Positions 14,177-28,900 of a DNA stretch of 64,000 nt are shown here, one piece after another. Position 1 is the first letter of the stretch, and each line of letters starts with the position of its first letter. The stretch is taken from NCBI GenBank assembly GCA_964016885.1, contig OZ024740.1:205034001-205098000 (forward strand), given 5' to 3'. The DNA is from Eledone cirrhosa. Lineage: Eukaryota. The notes under the pieces are model-generated. The model saw only the letters and a list, made by a program, of their open reading frames with translations. It was not told the origin of the DNA and ran no database searches. A program made the position numbers and the translations under genes.

Positions 14177-14266
14177 AAATTTGAAATTTCACCACCTTAC
14201 AAAATATTAATTTATTCAAGGCATTGAATAAATTAATATTTTGTAAGGTGGTGAAATTTCAAATTT
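14177..14266. repeat. Perfect 43-bp inverted repeat with 4-nt spacer
   Basis: aaatttgaaatttcaccaccttacaaaatattaatttattcaa-ggca-reverse complement. Confidence 0.95.
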
Positions 14267-16427
14267 TGATTTTGTCTTTCAATTCTTCACTAGTCAACAG
14301 TATCATTTGCAACAAAGGTGCCATATATAAGTTCTATAAAAGTGTTTTATGCTGTGTGGAAGAAATGAAATGGATCTCTGCCATTGCCAACTCAGTACTT
14401 GATTGGTACTTTATTTTACCGATTCTGAAAGTACGACCTCGGCATGATTTGAACTCAGAATGTAAAGAGCAAAACAAATACCACAAAGCAATAAATAATG
14501 ACAAAATTAGCTATATTACAAAATCCCTCCCAAATAGCAGTGTCTTTCATTAGAAATATGGTAATGAAAGGATTATATTTTTGAAGTTTCGTTTGAAACT
14601 ATTTCTGTGCAGGAAAACTTAACACTGCCTTCAAAAATCACACCAAAACTTTTTACCTGAAATTTTAGGAAATGTAGGATATCTAGAAACAATTACTTGA
14701 TCAATGGAACAACCTGCTCTTTAAATTAATGTGCAAGTGGCTGAGCATTCCACAGACATGTGTATCCTTAACATAATTCACAATGAAATTCAGCATGATA
14801 CAGTGTGTGACAAGACTGGCTCTTCGAATTACAAGTACAGTCCATATTGCATTATAGTGTGAATAGTTAAGCATTCTACAGACCATAATGTAACTCTCAG
14901 CGTGATTCTGTGTGACAAGGCTAGCCTTTTGAATTACAGGTACAGTCCATCTGGCTGGCTTCCAAACAGTTTCTGTCAATCTAATTTGACTCACATGGCA
15001 TAGATTGACCCAATGCTAGGGTAAATGACACTTGGTTCAGATGCCATGGATTGCACCATGAACCTAATGATTGTCAATTGAACTTCTTAATCATATGGCT
15101 ATGCTCCATCCAGTCTCTAGATTATGTACCTTCATGTTAGATAAATCTAACCATCTTAAAACAAGCAGTTTTATATCATATAACCAAGAGCAGTTTCAGA
15201 TAAGTTGGTAACAAAAGGGTTATGTGTATTTCATCTGTGATGCAATTTTCTGATCAGATCTAACTTCCTATTAAATTTCTTTTTTTGACTTTTACCATAA
15301 ACATGTATTGTAGTTTTTCTCTCAGTATGTAATATCAAACCAGGCATTGACTGACTAATTCCTCAGTTCCCAAAAGGTCAATTTTCTCTGCAAAATCATG
15401 TGTAGTGCTACACACCTGAGTAAAGACCCCTTTGAAGTGGAATGGCTGATCCAGTGGATATTATAGGATATCCTCCATGGCAATATTTTTGCAATCTTGT
15501 TCATAGAGCTCAACTGAGATATGCTATCCAAATGAGGGGGTATAGTTTGTCCACACCCCATCTATCACTCTTCTTTCTAGATTTTTTGTCTTATAAAGTA
15601 TAATAGATTTTTTGTCAATGAAGTATAATAGTGTGAATTATGTTTATTTCAGATGCAATATCATTTTGTATTTTAACCCTTTCATGACAGTATTTTAAGG
15701 GCAATATCTTTTTATATATAAACCCTTTTGGGACAGCATTTCTTATGAAATACAATATACTTCAATTAATTAATGAAGAATTTTGAGGGATTTAGTAAAA
15801 TTATCAATTATTTTAATATTACGAGAGTGACTCGTATATATGGTTCTTATATAAAATTAGGTTAGATTTTAATTTAAATAGGAACCTTTTAAAATGGGTG
15901 GTTTTATTTCATAGAATCAGAGTGAGTTTTGGCTAGGTTGGTAGAAAATAGAATTTTTGAAAGCTTTTAAGTATCTAAATATATGTAACATTTTTATTCA
16001 TAATGGTGAACATGCAAATAAAGATAATTTTTATTAATATATCCCCATTTTAAAATATACTGTGCATGTTTGATGTTTATAACTTTGGATGGGAAAGGAT
16101 TGGACTCCTGATGAGTGTTACATTTGATTGATCAATGTAAGAGTCTGCTGATGGAATTAACATACAAGTGGCTGAGCATTGCATCCTCTTGATTTGTCTT
16201 TTAATTGTAATAATAAAATTTAGCAAGCCATTGAAAGTTAACAGACAATAAGCTATATTTCATATCAACATAGTGGCCTCCCCTGATTACTGCAGGCAAT
16301 GTTTTTAGTATCTAGGCATTGTTTACAATTCACTTCTCTTGTTTTCAACAACTATAATAACATTTCACTGATTGATGACAATATTCATATCATAAAATGG
16401 GAAGACTTTGTATTTATTCTATTACCA

Positions 16428-16739
16428 TAAAGACCCCCTTCGGTTACAAGTGACCATGGGATTTGCTCCTAGAAAGTTGCTCTCTGAGGCACGGTTGTTT
16501 GTGGAAGACCAGCATACCAGCCTCCCCTCTCCACATCACTGATTTTGTCCTGGGAAAGGCAAAGGCCGATACAGCTTGGCACCAGTGACGTTGCAACACA
16601 TTTCTACAGCTGAATAAACTGGAGCAACGTGAAATAGTGTCCTGCTGAAGAACACAACGTACAGCCTGGTCCAAGAATCGAACTCACAACCACATGATTG
16701 TAAGCCTAATGCAATAACTACTAAGCCATGTGCCTTCAC
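16428..16739 (-). mobile_element. tRNA-derived SINE
   Basis: Minus strand has A box tggcttagtagtt and B box gagttcgattc; near-full second copy at 24783-25113. Confidence 0.8.
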
Positions 16740-19544
16740 TCTATTACCATATTAATATTAAAACAAAGTTAAAGTTTATCCTGAGACCAGATGTTTATCA
16801 GGTTAGCAATTTAACAACTGAGAACAGAAGTCTTCCCCCTCGATGGGACACCAGTCTGTTACAGGGTTAAATTTCAGCTACTGTTGATACTCATTTTTTT
16901 GGCCGAGTGGACTGGAGCAGCATGAAATGAAGTATCTTACTCAAGTATACACACACCTTGGTCCAACACTTTAACTGCTAATCCATCACTGTTACCATAT
17001 TCATAAATCTTCAATCTGTTCTAAAATCCTTTATTAAGCTTTCCTTCACTAATCTGTAAGATTAGCTAGATAATTCATTGGTATACACATGGCTGTGTGG
17101 TTGAGTTGACTTCACAACCATGTAGTTTTGGGTTCACTCCCACTGAGTGGTACCTTTGGTAGTCTTCTTTTGTAGAGTACAGGAAGATGCCTGAAATGTC
17201 AGTAGCACCAACTAAGTACTGACTTGGTTTATGATGACTCATCCAACCCTTCCTAACAGGGAAAACAGACATTATAGGATGATGATGTTCTTGTCTCACT
17301 TCTTTATAACAGAATACTTTTTAGGTCTGCCTTAAATATATAATTGTAGAAGCAGTACCACAGATATTAAAACTTCTATGTTCCTTAAACTGTAGCCATT
17401 CTCTCATCACTTATGCCACACTTCCAGAAGAATGCTATCATGTAGATTTATGTTATCTTAAGTGAAAAGCACAAGCAGTACTCAATATATTATTGTTTTA
17501 CTCATGTTGCTCATAGTTTCAATGTTGGATATTCTGCTATGATTTTAAAGTAACCATTGATTATAGTCATTATTGTGTTCTTCTCAGCTCACTTATTCCT
17601 CAGAGAGTCATAGGAGCAGAGTCCTCAGACAATCCTTCCAGAGGGTCCTGTCAGAATCAACTGTCTCCAATTTCACCCCTTTCTGTTCGAACCTGCCACT
17701 CATACTGATGTTAAGGTATTGTTCTCAAAATAAATAATATCATGTGTAGTAAAGCCTTTACCGTGAAAATACAATAGTAAATATAGAATAATGCAAATGC
17801 TAAAGGGTTATGTGACATCAATTGAGCTCATAGATGTCATCTAACCATGTTGCTCATGGTCTACTTTTGGGTCCCTGTTGGTTGGTTTGACCTGTAAAAC
17901 CTGTCCAGTGATTGTTTCCATAGACATTCTAACCACATGTCTGTAGTATCGGATCTCTCAATTTGGAGAAATAGAGTCTCGACCTGGACTGACATCCATA
18001 TCTCTGAGTTATGCATCTTATCAAGTAATATTTGTGTTGCCACTTTACAACAGCTGCTCATTGGGACCTGATTGAAAAGTGTTAATAATCAACTATAATA
18101 GCAAATGTGTGTTTATTTATGTTTATATATTTGTCATTCACTGAAAGGGAGATGACTGACGAAGGAAGAGGGTGATGACAAACTATAGAAAACAGCGACC
18201 AGCGTTATAAGATTCGTTACACTTGTATTTGTATGTGTAGCAAATTGGCTATCATTATTGTGTGAGTGTATATAAATAAAGTACCAGTAATGTACTGAGT
18301 AATTGCTGGCCTTGTGCCAAAAAGTAGAAACAATTATTGTGTGAATGTATGTGTGTGAATATATGTGTTTCTATCACTTGTGTGAGTATGTGAGTGTTTC
18401 TATTTATACTTGTGTGATGTGTGGATATAGTTATACTAGCTTGAGTGTGTGTTTCTGTGTTTATATCTATATACTCATATATATAATATACATATGCACA
18501 CCAAACTATTATCTTTGGCTATCTATGTTAGTTGCAGATAGTTTATCCATAAAGAAGTTTGTAATAAAAAGATTATTAAACTAAAAACTTGGTTTTGTAC
18601 CCTTTTTATATCTAAAATACTACAATTAGCCGTCATATGTCCAGCTAGTGTTATATATAAAACAGTGTAATCTATATAATAATGGGAGTCATCTCTGTTT
18701 CTCACATGAATGCTGATAATATAAACAAATCATACTTTTTTTTATTGCCACTTTCACTGACATTGATATAAAGGTTCAGTATTATATGTCAGTGATGTCA
18801 TCCATCTCTCACAGATATATATTATATGTGATTCTGTTCATTATTGACATAGCATTTGAGTAATTATACATATGTAATAGATCTGTAGTTTAACCACACC
18901 CCATTTCATACACCTCCCATGAGCTCAGGCTGAAGTATACATCTAGTGTGCACCACCTTCACTTCCACCCTCTTTAATTGCCTCCAATGTCCTAACACTC
19001 CACCCCTCACACACTCCAAAATACCCCCCTCCCCAATTCCGACCTCCTCTTTTTCCTAATGAAGGACTAATGTGTGATATGTTGAGACATTCTTTTTCCT
19101 TTTCTTACAAGCCCCAAACTAGTAATACCCTTCCTAATGCCAACTACATTTACAGTGTGTGCTGGATGCTTTTTCTCATGACACTTACAAGACCACTTTA
19201 CAGTGTAAGGGTGGTGTGGACAGAAATTGGTGGGTGTTGGGGTATATAATCGAGACTGCAAATCCTTGTATGATGTGGTTGCTGACTGTAGAGAAAACAT
19301 GAACAGGGAGGGTGTTTCAGAGAAATGGAGTTAGTCAATGTAAAAGTTTAACACTTGTTGTTGATGATGATGCTGGAATTAAACTGATTATCTCATAAAA
19401 TAGCAAAAATAGTTTATTTAAAACACTATAAAAACCACAATTTTTATATAACATATTAATTCAATGGTATTTATATTGTAAGAAATGAGTACACATGTAT
19501 ATTTTGTAATCTGATTTAAAATATGGATAAAACCATAGGCCAGA

Positions 19545-19682
19545 TTCTAAAAGTGGCAGGAACGCTGGGGCCGGTGTATTGCTGTGGAAGGTGACTATTT
19601 CAAAGAAGATGATATTAAAAGATAAATATATTAGTTTTTTTAAAAACATAACTAGTCCAGGGAACTTTTTGATACCACCTCG
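19545..19682 (+). mobile_element. mariner transposon 3' end
   Basis: Translates [20 protein letters not shown], followed by TIR ...ggaactttttgataccacctcg|TA. Confidence 0.75.
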
Positions 19683-19691
19683 TATATACAC

Positions 19692-19857
<166 letters not shown>

Positions 19858-19989
19858 GAAGGCACATGGCTTAGTGGTTAGAGTATTGGGCTTGCAATTG
19901 AAAGGTTGTGAGTTCAATTCTTGAGTAAGACACTTTATTTCTCATTGCTCCAGTTTACTCAGCTGTAGAAATGAGATAATAGGGACTTC

Positions 19990-21525
19990 AGATCCTATCA
20001 TTCCACTGCAAAGTGGTCGTGGAGGTGTCATGGCATAAAAAGCACCCAGCACTCACTGTAAATGAGGTTGGTGTTAGGAAGGGCATCCAGCTGTAGAAAT
20101 CAAGCCAGAATCAGTTCCCATATGAGCAAGACAAGGTCAGCCGACCGGACACTGCCCACAACAGGAGAACCCGTCTAACCCATGCTAGCGTGGAAGAACG
20201 GGCGTAAAACGGTGATGATGATGATGATGATATATATATGTATATATATATATATACATATATGTATATATATATATATATATATATACATATATGTATA
20301 TATATATATACATATATGTATATATATGTATATATATACATATCATCATCATCATCATTTAACGTCCATATTCCATGCTTGCATGGGTTTGGACGGGAGT
20401 TTTCCCACTTGAGGCAAGAGTGGTTGTCTTGCTCGCATAGGACTGTCTGGCGGGTTTTCTACGGCTGGATGCCCTTCCTAACACCAACCACATTTACAGT
20501 GTGGAACTGGGAGGTTTTTACTGTGTTACCTACACGGCCACATTACAGCGTGGACTGTGTGTTTTTTTTGTCGTGACACCTACACAACCTCATTTGTTTC
20601 GGCCTGGATGTTGTGGTACCAACATAACTTTACATTGAAAGAGGCGGTGTGGATGGGGTGGGGGTAGTGGTACGGGGGTGTATTTTGTTAGAGGTGCCTA
20701 CTGACTGTAGTAGGTTTTACTTTGTATTTAGGTAAGGCGGGTCTTCTCTATTCGGGTGACCGTGTCTCACTCGTATATATATATATATATACACACACAC
20801 ATATATATATATATATATAGAAGTTGATGGAAACCGCGGAGTGGGGAGACCCAAGATGACCTGGGATGAGGTGATAAAAGCCGACCTTACCCAATTGCAC
20901 CTCTCAAAGGCAATGACACCCGGCTGTGACTTCTGGCGTCACGCAGTAATACAGAGTACCCGACCTCCCATGGGTACAAGCTGAAGCATATAGACAATAT
21001 GCCCCCACACCCCCCACCGCAAGGTGGTCGTGGAGGTGCCACGGCAAAAAAGCACCCAGCCCACAATGTAAAGTGGACGTGTAGGCGCCACGAAAAAGCA
21101 CCCAGCACTCACTGTAAATGAGGTTGGTGTTAGGAAGGGCATCCAGCTGTAGAAATCAAGCCAAATCAGTTCCTGTATGAGCAAGGCATGGTCAGCCGAC
21201 CAGACACTGCCCACAACAGGACAACCCGTCTAACCCATGCTAGCGTGGAAGAACGGAAGTAAAACGGTGATGATGATATATATGTCTGTGTATATATATA
21301 TATATGTCTATGTATATGTATGTATATATATATACATACATATATATATATATATATACATACATACATACATCATACATACATATATATACATACATAC
21401 ATACATACACATATATATATATATATACATACATATCGTTTAATGTCTATCTTCCACGCTAGCATGGGTTAGACGGGAATTGTCCCACTTGAGACAAGAT
21501 TGATCGGGTGACCGTGTCTCGCTCG

Positions 21526-21559
<34 letters not shown>

Positions 21560-22190
21560 CGTATCATCATCATCGTTTAACGTCTATCTTTCACGCTAGC
21601 ATGGGTTACGCCAGAATTGTCCCCCTTAAGGCAAGATTGATCAAGTGACTGTGTCTCGCTCGTATAGGACTGTATCCAGCAGGTTTTCTACGGCTGGATG
21701 CCCTTCTTAACACCAACCACATTTACAGTGTGGACTGGGAGCCTTTTTACCGTATCCCTACATGACTACTTTACAGCGTGGACTGGGTGCTTTTTTGTTG
21801 TGACACCTACACAACCTCTTTACTTTGGACTGGATGTTCTGTGGTACCAACATATATATGTATATATCATTATCATCATTATCATTTAACATCTATTTTC
21901 CACACTAACATGGGTTAGACAGGTTTGATGTATGTATATATATTTAGTAGTAGTAGTATAGTGGTAGTGCTTGTGCAGCAATAAAATGCATCCAGTACAC
22001 TCTGTAAAATGGTAGTGTTGTTGTCATGATAAAAAGCACCTGGTACATGCTGTGAAATGGTTGGCATCAGGAGGGGCATCCAGCCATAGAAAGTATGAGT
22101 GTCATCTGACCTGTTTAACCTCAGAATGTGAGAACCCATTTAATCAATGCCAGCATGGAAAACTAAACATAGAAATGATAATGAAGATAA
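19990..22190. mobile_element. Cluster of short RTE 3'-end fragments in both orientations, interleaved with TA/TG microsatellites
   Basis: Repeated ggttggtgttaggaagggcatccagc motif and (GAT)n/(CAT)n tails at about 20211, 20343, 21268, 21563, 21867. Confidence 0.85.
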
Positions 22191-22711
22191 TGAAGTCAAT
22201 GCAACATACTTTATATATACAATTATATATTTCTGATCTATGAATAGAGAACTTTATCTAAAGCATATAGACAATAATTTAACACCAAATCCCTTATAAA
22301 ATGTGATCAATTGTAAACTTCTATGCTAATAAGTCAAAGAATTATATACCCATAAAAATAAAAATATTATATACACCGTATTCCATTGAAATAATGGGTA
22401 TAATTGTAGTATGAGATCAGTAATTTAGGGAGGTGGATGAAAGGCAAAGTTGACCTCATTGTGATTAGAACTCAGAACAAAAAATCAGAATGAATCCCGC
22501 TAAGCATTCTATCCAAGAACCTAATGACTCTGTCAATCCCGCAACCTATATTCCATTTGAAAAATAAGTTAAAAGAAAATTATTTTGTAATATGTGAATT
22601 GATCTAAATAACACCATGTAAGGAGAATATGCACCATTAGAAATAAAGTATGATAAAAATCAGCTGTTTTATAAAATTGGTATCAGAAGGCTGAAGAATT
22701 ATTTCAAGGTC

Positions 22712-22818
22712 TTATTTTTTAGCTTTAGGGTTTCCTTTTATCAGGAAACTAAGGAGATCCTTACGAGTTACAATTCCAAAAATCATGCTTTTGGCAGCAG
22801 TTCCACTGGGATTACCAT
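22712..22818 (-). CDS. CBS: CBS last coding exon: [35 protein letters not shown]
   Basis: ttacag| acceptor, TAA at 22714-22712; resembles human MVFGVVTAIDLLNF. Confidence 0.92.
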
Positions 22819-22902
22819 CTGTAATGAGAAAAATATCAATAGATTAAGAGAAATAAAATACCAAATATGGAGCTCCCCAACTTCCCTAAAAAAAGCAAGC
22901 TA

Positions 22903-22933
<31 letters not shown>

Positions 22934-25900
22934 AAGCAAGTAATGCAAAAAAAAAAAAGAAAAGAAAACCAAAAGCTATTCCTTATAATGACAAATTAAT
23001 GCAGTAAAACCAAATAATTTTTTTGACTTAATCCTTTTGATATCAAATTGACTTAATCCTTTATTTTAAAGTGTTCGTATTTATCTAAAAACTTTTTCAG
23101 TGTGAAGTTGAGTTCAAAACACCAACTTAATGAAAATGTTAGTTATATTACTATACCCCTTAAAATTCTTGATTATTTAAAAAATTATTTGAAAAACATA
23201 GGTAGTGACTTTCAGTAGAAATATGGTAACAAAAGGGTTAAAATCAAATCAAAACTCTTAAGGAGTCAAGATGACTATTCAGCTGTGTCAGACATGACAG
23301 TCTCCCTAATGCCGGTGCCATTATAAAATGCACCCTGCAGAATTTGGGAACATATGTGAGCAAGATTGCCCCTTGGCTTGCAGCTCCAACCCATGCTAGA
23401 ATGGAAAAAGCATGGAACAAACAGGTATAAAACTATAACTCGAGTTGTAAATCTTGGTAACTTTAGATATTCAACAAATTACAAATAAACTGATTCAAAC
23501 ACAGGAATTGGTTCTGCCGCATGCTAAAGATTTTTATAAGAAAAATGATAGTTGGCCATACATCCTCTTAGAGCTAGTTTACAAATCATAAATAGTCAAT
23601 ATGGGCTAAATTTTAATTCATTTATCACTATCATCATCATTTAATATCCTTTTACCCTGCTAGCAAGCAGTAGCACCCCAGGCAACACTTTTGGGTCTAC
23701 TGTAGGCTATAAGCATTTTTTAATGTTGCAGCATAATATTATAATTGTACATAGACTAGATAATATCTATATATATATATATTTAAGAGCGAGTCACTGA
23801 GCAATATGTATTTTTTGTTGGGGCCCAGGGGGAGCAAATTGAAGGGCTGCTCCGGGCAGCACACACTCTAGCTACGTCACTGCTAGCAAGAGTTAAATGA
23901 GTTGTCATTGAACAAGTCAGTACTTAATCAGAGCAACTGACCTCTCAGGAGGTCAGCTTCTTAAATATATTCCTGCACTCTACAGAGTGTACTGGGTGCA
24001 TATAATATAGCATGGTATCTTGGATACAGTAAGATGCCCTTCCTTTCACCAACCACTTTACAGAATCACTTTAAACTCTTTTAATTGTCCTCTCTACTTT
24101 ACATTGTCTCTATTCATTCAAAGCAATGTGACCAAGAGAGTGAATACTGGAAAGAATGATAAGAGAGGTAAATAGTAGAAGAGAGGAACCGGAACAGGGG
24201 AGGTAATATAGGAGAGGGACAAGTGCAAGGGAGGTAATAGAAGAGAGCTTATGGAGGATTCAGTGTAATAGGATGATGATAAAAGAGGTAGTAATGGACG
24301 AGACAGTGATGGGTAGCTATATATATTGGTCACTGTCAACTGCTCTGAACACCAACTTAATAATAATAAAGTTAGTTTATATTACTAATTCCCTCCAAAT
24401 TCTTAATTATTTCAAAATTATTTGAAAATCATAAGCAGTATCTTTTATTACAAATATAGTAATAAAATGGTTAAACATATCAAAAGTATTTTCATCATTT
24501 CAAAAGACAAAGCTTTAATGTGTACTTACCTGGTTTCTTATCATGTACAAGGAGAACGAAGGGATCTATTTCTAGCATACAGGATATGTGTTCTAGTGAT
24601 GTACTCATTGGCATCTAAAGCAACAACAACAACAACAATAACATTAGTAAAATATCATTCAAGTTTCTTTCAGAGAGATCATCGTCATCATTTTACGTCT
24701 GCTTTTCCCTGCTTGCAAGAACATTGAGACACCATTATCTTCCTTTTTCCATCTATTTTTTCCAATGCTTTCTGATGATAGGGTAAAGGGTAAAGACCTC
24801 CCTCAGTCACGAATGACCATGGGATTTGTACCTAGAAAGTTTCTCTCCAAGGTTGTTTGTGGGAGACCAGCAGTCGTCCATGCATACCAGCCTCCCCCTC
24901 TCCATGCCACTAATGTTGTTGAAGGGAAAGGCAATGGTTGATACAGCTTGGCATCAGTAATGTCACAACTTATTTCTAAAGCTGAGTAAACTAGAGCAAC
25001 GTGAAATAAAGTGTCTTGCTCAAGGACACAACGCATCACGCGGTTCGAGAATTGAACTCACAACCTCCCAATTGCAAGTCCAATGCTCTAACCACTAAGC
25101 CACGCACCTTCACTTGACGATAACCAACACGTTATCTATAATTATGGTATATACTGTGCAACCCAGTGGTTAGGGTGTTGGCCCTATGGTCGTAAGGTCA
25201 TAGGTTCAATCTCCTGACTGTGCAGTGCATTTTGTCCTTGAGCATAGCACTTCATTTCATGTTGCTCCAGTCCAGTCTGATGAAAATGAGTACCAGTAGC
25301 AGCAGCTGGGGGTCTAATCTTACGACAGATTGCAATTATGTACCCATAGTCACTTAATCCAACACAAAACCAAGATAAGCTCTGACTTGATGAACCTTTA
25401 AGGCTCAAGAAAGACTTTATAACAAATAGCAATCATCTTCATTGAAATGCTATGCTGCAAGACAAATTGTTTATGAGGTAAATAGACAAATGTCACCGGC
25501 TGCTTTGAACAATCTCGATAAAATGTTGTTGATAAACTGAAACATACACACAATGACGAGCTTCTGTTACAGTCTCTGCCTACCAAATTCACTCAGAAGA
25601 CTCAGAAGATACTGTTTGGTCTGAAGCTATAGAATGAAAGACACTTGCTGAGGATGCTGTGTGATGGAAGGAGTTTTAAACCAAGTGGTTGTGAAGCAGA
25701 CTTCTTAACCCCATAGCCACACCATCACCACTACAAACAGAATTCTCAGTGAATCTGCAAAGGATATGGGCTCTGTCCCTTCCTCCAGACATAAGTTAAA
25801 AACAAATTTATATATATATATATATAAATATATATTTACCTGCTTGTACTGCATGTACAATACTTTTGAAACTGGATCACATACTTTCACTTTGTTGTGT

Positions 25901-28900
25901 ACAACTTTTGGCATTATATTGCTGATAGTTGCCATTCCATGTATTTTTCTAAAAGTGAAAATATAAAAGTAACACTTTTAAAAATAGACCTTGTGAATTA
26001 TTACATCCTATAAGCAATCATCATTCATTCTAGTTTTTACATCCATTTCCCACCCCTTTAAGCATGTATGAATTAGACAAGTCCTTTCCAGTAGAGCTTC
26101 TCTCCATTTGTTTCATATCTTTGTTAATATCGTTCATCATTTTTAAGTCAGCTTTTACCACTGCATCACGTGATCTTTTTCTGAGTATTTCTTTCTGGCA
26201 GATAGAAGTTGTAACACAATTGGACCTCAGTAATTGTGAACAAGTTTAAATGAGAGAGGATTTGTAACTAGTTTTTTTGAATCTGACTGATAAAATGACA
26301 AGTCAGTCAATCATATTGGTGGCCTCCCCACAGCCCTGGCAGACAGAATAGAGAAGGCGTTTCCCCAGAGGACGGCAAGGGAGACACGCTGGAAAAGCCA
26401 TTCCAACTCGCGGGACTCACACCTGCGGCTGGCTAGCTCAGAGCCTATGGTGTTGAGTAGGGAGGTAGCCCTAGGGCCGAGGACACCAGAAGTCTCCACT
26501 TCCAAGGATACAACTGCAAACCTGTCGGAGAGCGACCGGTATTTGGAGAGTTTGGCCTCCTCAGCTCGACGTGCAGCAGAACCTGGGTTTGTTGCAGACT
26601 GCACCAGGTTGTGGCTACAGAAAATGTCGATGCAAGTGGCATCCCGGACGAGGGGTTTGCCACCGCAGAACGGGAAGATGGTCATGCCATCTGGCCTTTT
26701 GCCGTCCCCTCGGTCCAGTCCCACCGGTTCGAGCTGAGAAGGGAAGCCTGCAGCGTCCAAGACATGCTTTATGACCTCGTTGAGGGCAGCAAGGCGTGGA
26801 AGGTGGCCAGCACTGTGGTGACAGGAAAGCGGGTGGAGACCGAAAGAGTCCACGGTGGATCCACAGCGACATTGGTGTGGCACGCAGATCCGAAGGCTAA
26901 GCCTCAAGGAAGCGCCGATGCACAGGATATTGTTATCTAGCTGTGTGCTAGTGGAGAAGGAGGGCAGGGCATGGAGCTAGGCACCACTGTGGGGTTTGGA
27001 GGCTGCACGAAAACAGGCAAGGCAGTGCTGGTCGAGCTGGCACGTGAGCCTATCTGAAGCCAGGCTGCACTGGATGGCATCCCAAATGCTTTGGGGGGAC
27101 TTGACGTCAGCAAGGGGAGAAGGAGTAGGGACGTCTACTGGGCTAAGTCCCAGCCAGTCCCACGTCTCACAGGCGACCTCACGTTCCCTGTCTTACCACT
27201 TCTGTCTGGATCTTTTTTGGTTTTTCTCTTCCACAGCTTTCTTCTACTTGAAGCTCCTATCATTTTTTTACTCAAGTCATCCTCCATATACATCACATGT
27301 CTGTACCAGTGCAATCATCTCTCTCACAATATACACACCAGCTCTCACTACCTCTACCCAGGTCTTCCTCTTTTACAGCTTTCTTCTACTTGGAACTCCT
27401 ATTTCTTCTTTACCCAACAGTCACCCTCTTCCATAAACATCATATGTCTGTAGCAGCACAATAATCTCTCTCATAATATACACACTAGCTCTCACCACTT
27501 CTACCCAAGTATTCCTCTTCTACAGTTACCTTTGACACTTATTCATCCAACAGTCATCATCCATATGCATGTTGGTATATTTTAAAAATAATATTAGCAA
27601 GTAGTTTTAACTAAAGGAAAATTCATACCATAGTGATAAAATAAAATAAAATTACTAAATCTTTGCCTGGTTTGTAAAGCTTCATATGACAATGTCAGTT
27701 TAACTGTTTAAAGTATGTTGTATCTCAAATGATAAAACTTGCTCCAAAGATGAAGAAAAAAAATCCATTTTTGTGAACAGAGAATGGTGCAAAAAAACAA
27801 AACAAACTTTGATCAGGAGTAGAGAGGACCCATAAGTCCTGTCAGACAACCTCTCTAGTGCTTGTGGCACAATAAAATACACTCAGTCTATGCTGTAAAG
27901 TGGCTGGTGAAAGGAAGGGTATCATCATCACCGTTTTACGTCCATTCTTCCATGCTAGCATGGGTTAGACGGGTTGTCCTGTTGTGGGCAGTAGCCGGTC
28001 GGCTGACCATGTCTTGTTCATACGGGAACTGATTCTGGCTTGATTTCTATAGCTGGATGCCATTCCTAACACCAACCTCATTTACAGTGAGTATCTAGAT
28101 AGAAAAAAAACCCTGCTAAAATTATGGAAAGGATGTGATGATGATTATGATTCCACCTCAATGTTTTCTGATCTACAGCAGAATGATGCCTCAACAATTG
28201 TGTTGTTCACCCTGGCCAAGTTCAAGTTGGAGTTTGAACTCAGAACACACAGAGCAGATACTACAATACATTTCACCTTTTCATTGCTGTATTTCTAACA
28301 AAAGATGCTGCTTATAATTTTCAAAGCATTTTGAAAATTATAAAGAATTTGAAAGGATTTAGTAAAATATTGAACATTCTCATTAAGCTGGTGTTTGGAA
28401 AAAAAAATTTAATTAAAAATCTTACATATAATTATGTAGAGGGATGTGGCTTAGTGGTAAGAATATTGTGGGTTTGATTCCTGGGCTGGGTTGTGTGTTA
28501 TATTCTTGAGCAAAACACTTCATTTCATGATGTTCCAGTATACTCAGCTGAAAATGAATACCAGCAATAACTGGGGGTTTAACCCTGCGATGGACTGGCG
28601 TCCTATCCAGCGGGGAGTCCTGTACTCTCAGTCGCTTCACACCATGAAACTGGGATAAGCATCAGCCTAACAAGCCTTATGGCTTAAGACAGACTTTAGA
28701 CATAATTATGATGGAAAGTTTTTAGATAAATGGAAGCATTTTAAAATAAGCAGATTTACATCATAGAATCAAGCTCATTTTAAGATGATTTGGTATGAAA
28801 AGGGTTAATCCAGTACCTTAATTACTCTGTTAATTATTGATCTAATTAGTCAATGAATTGTGATAATATAGTGGGGCTGACATTCCATCATGTACTTACC

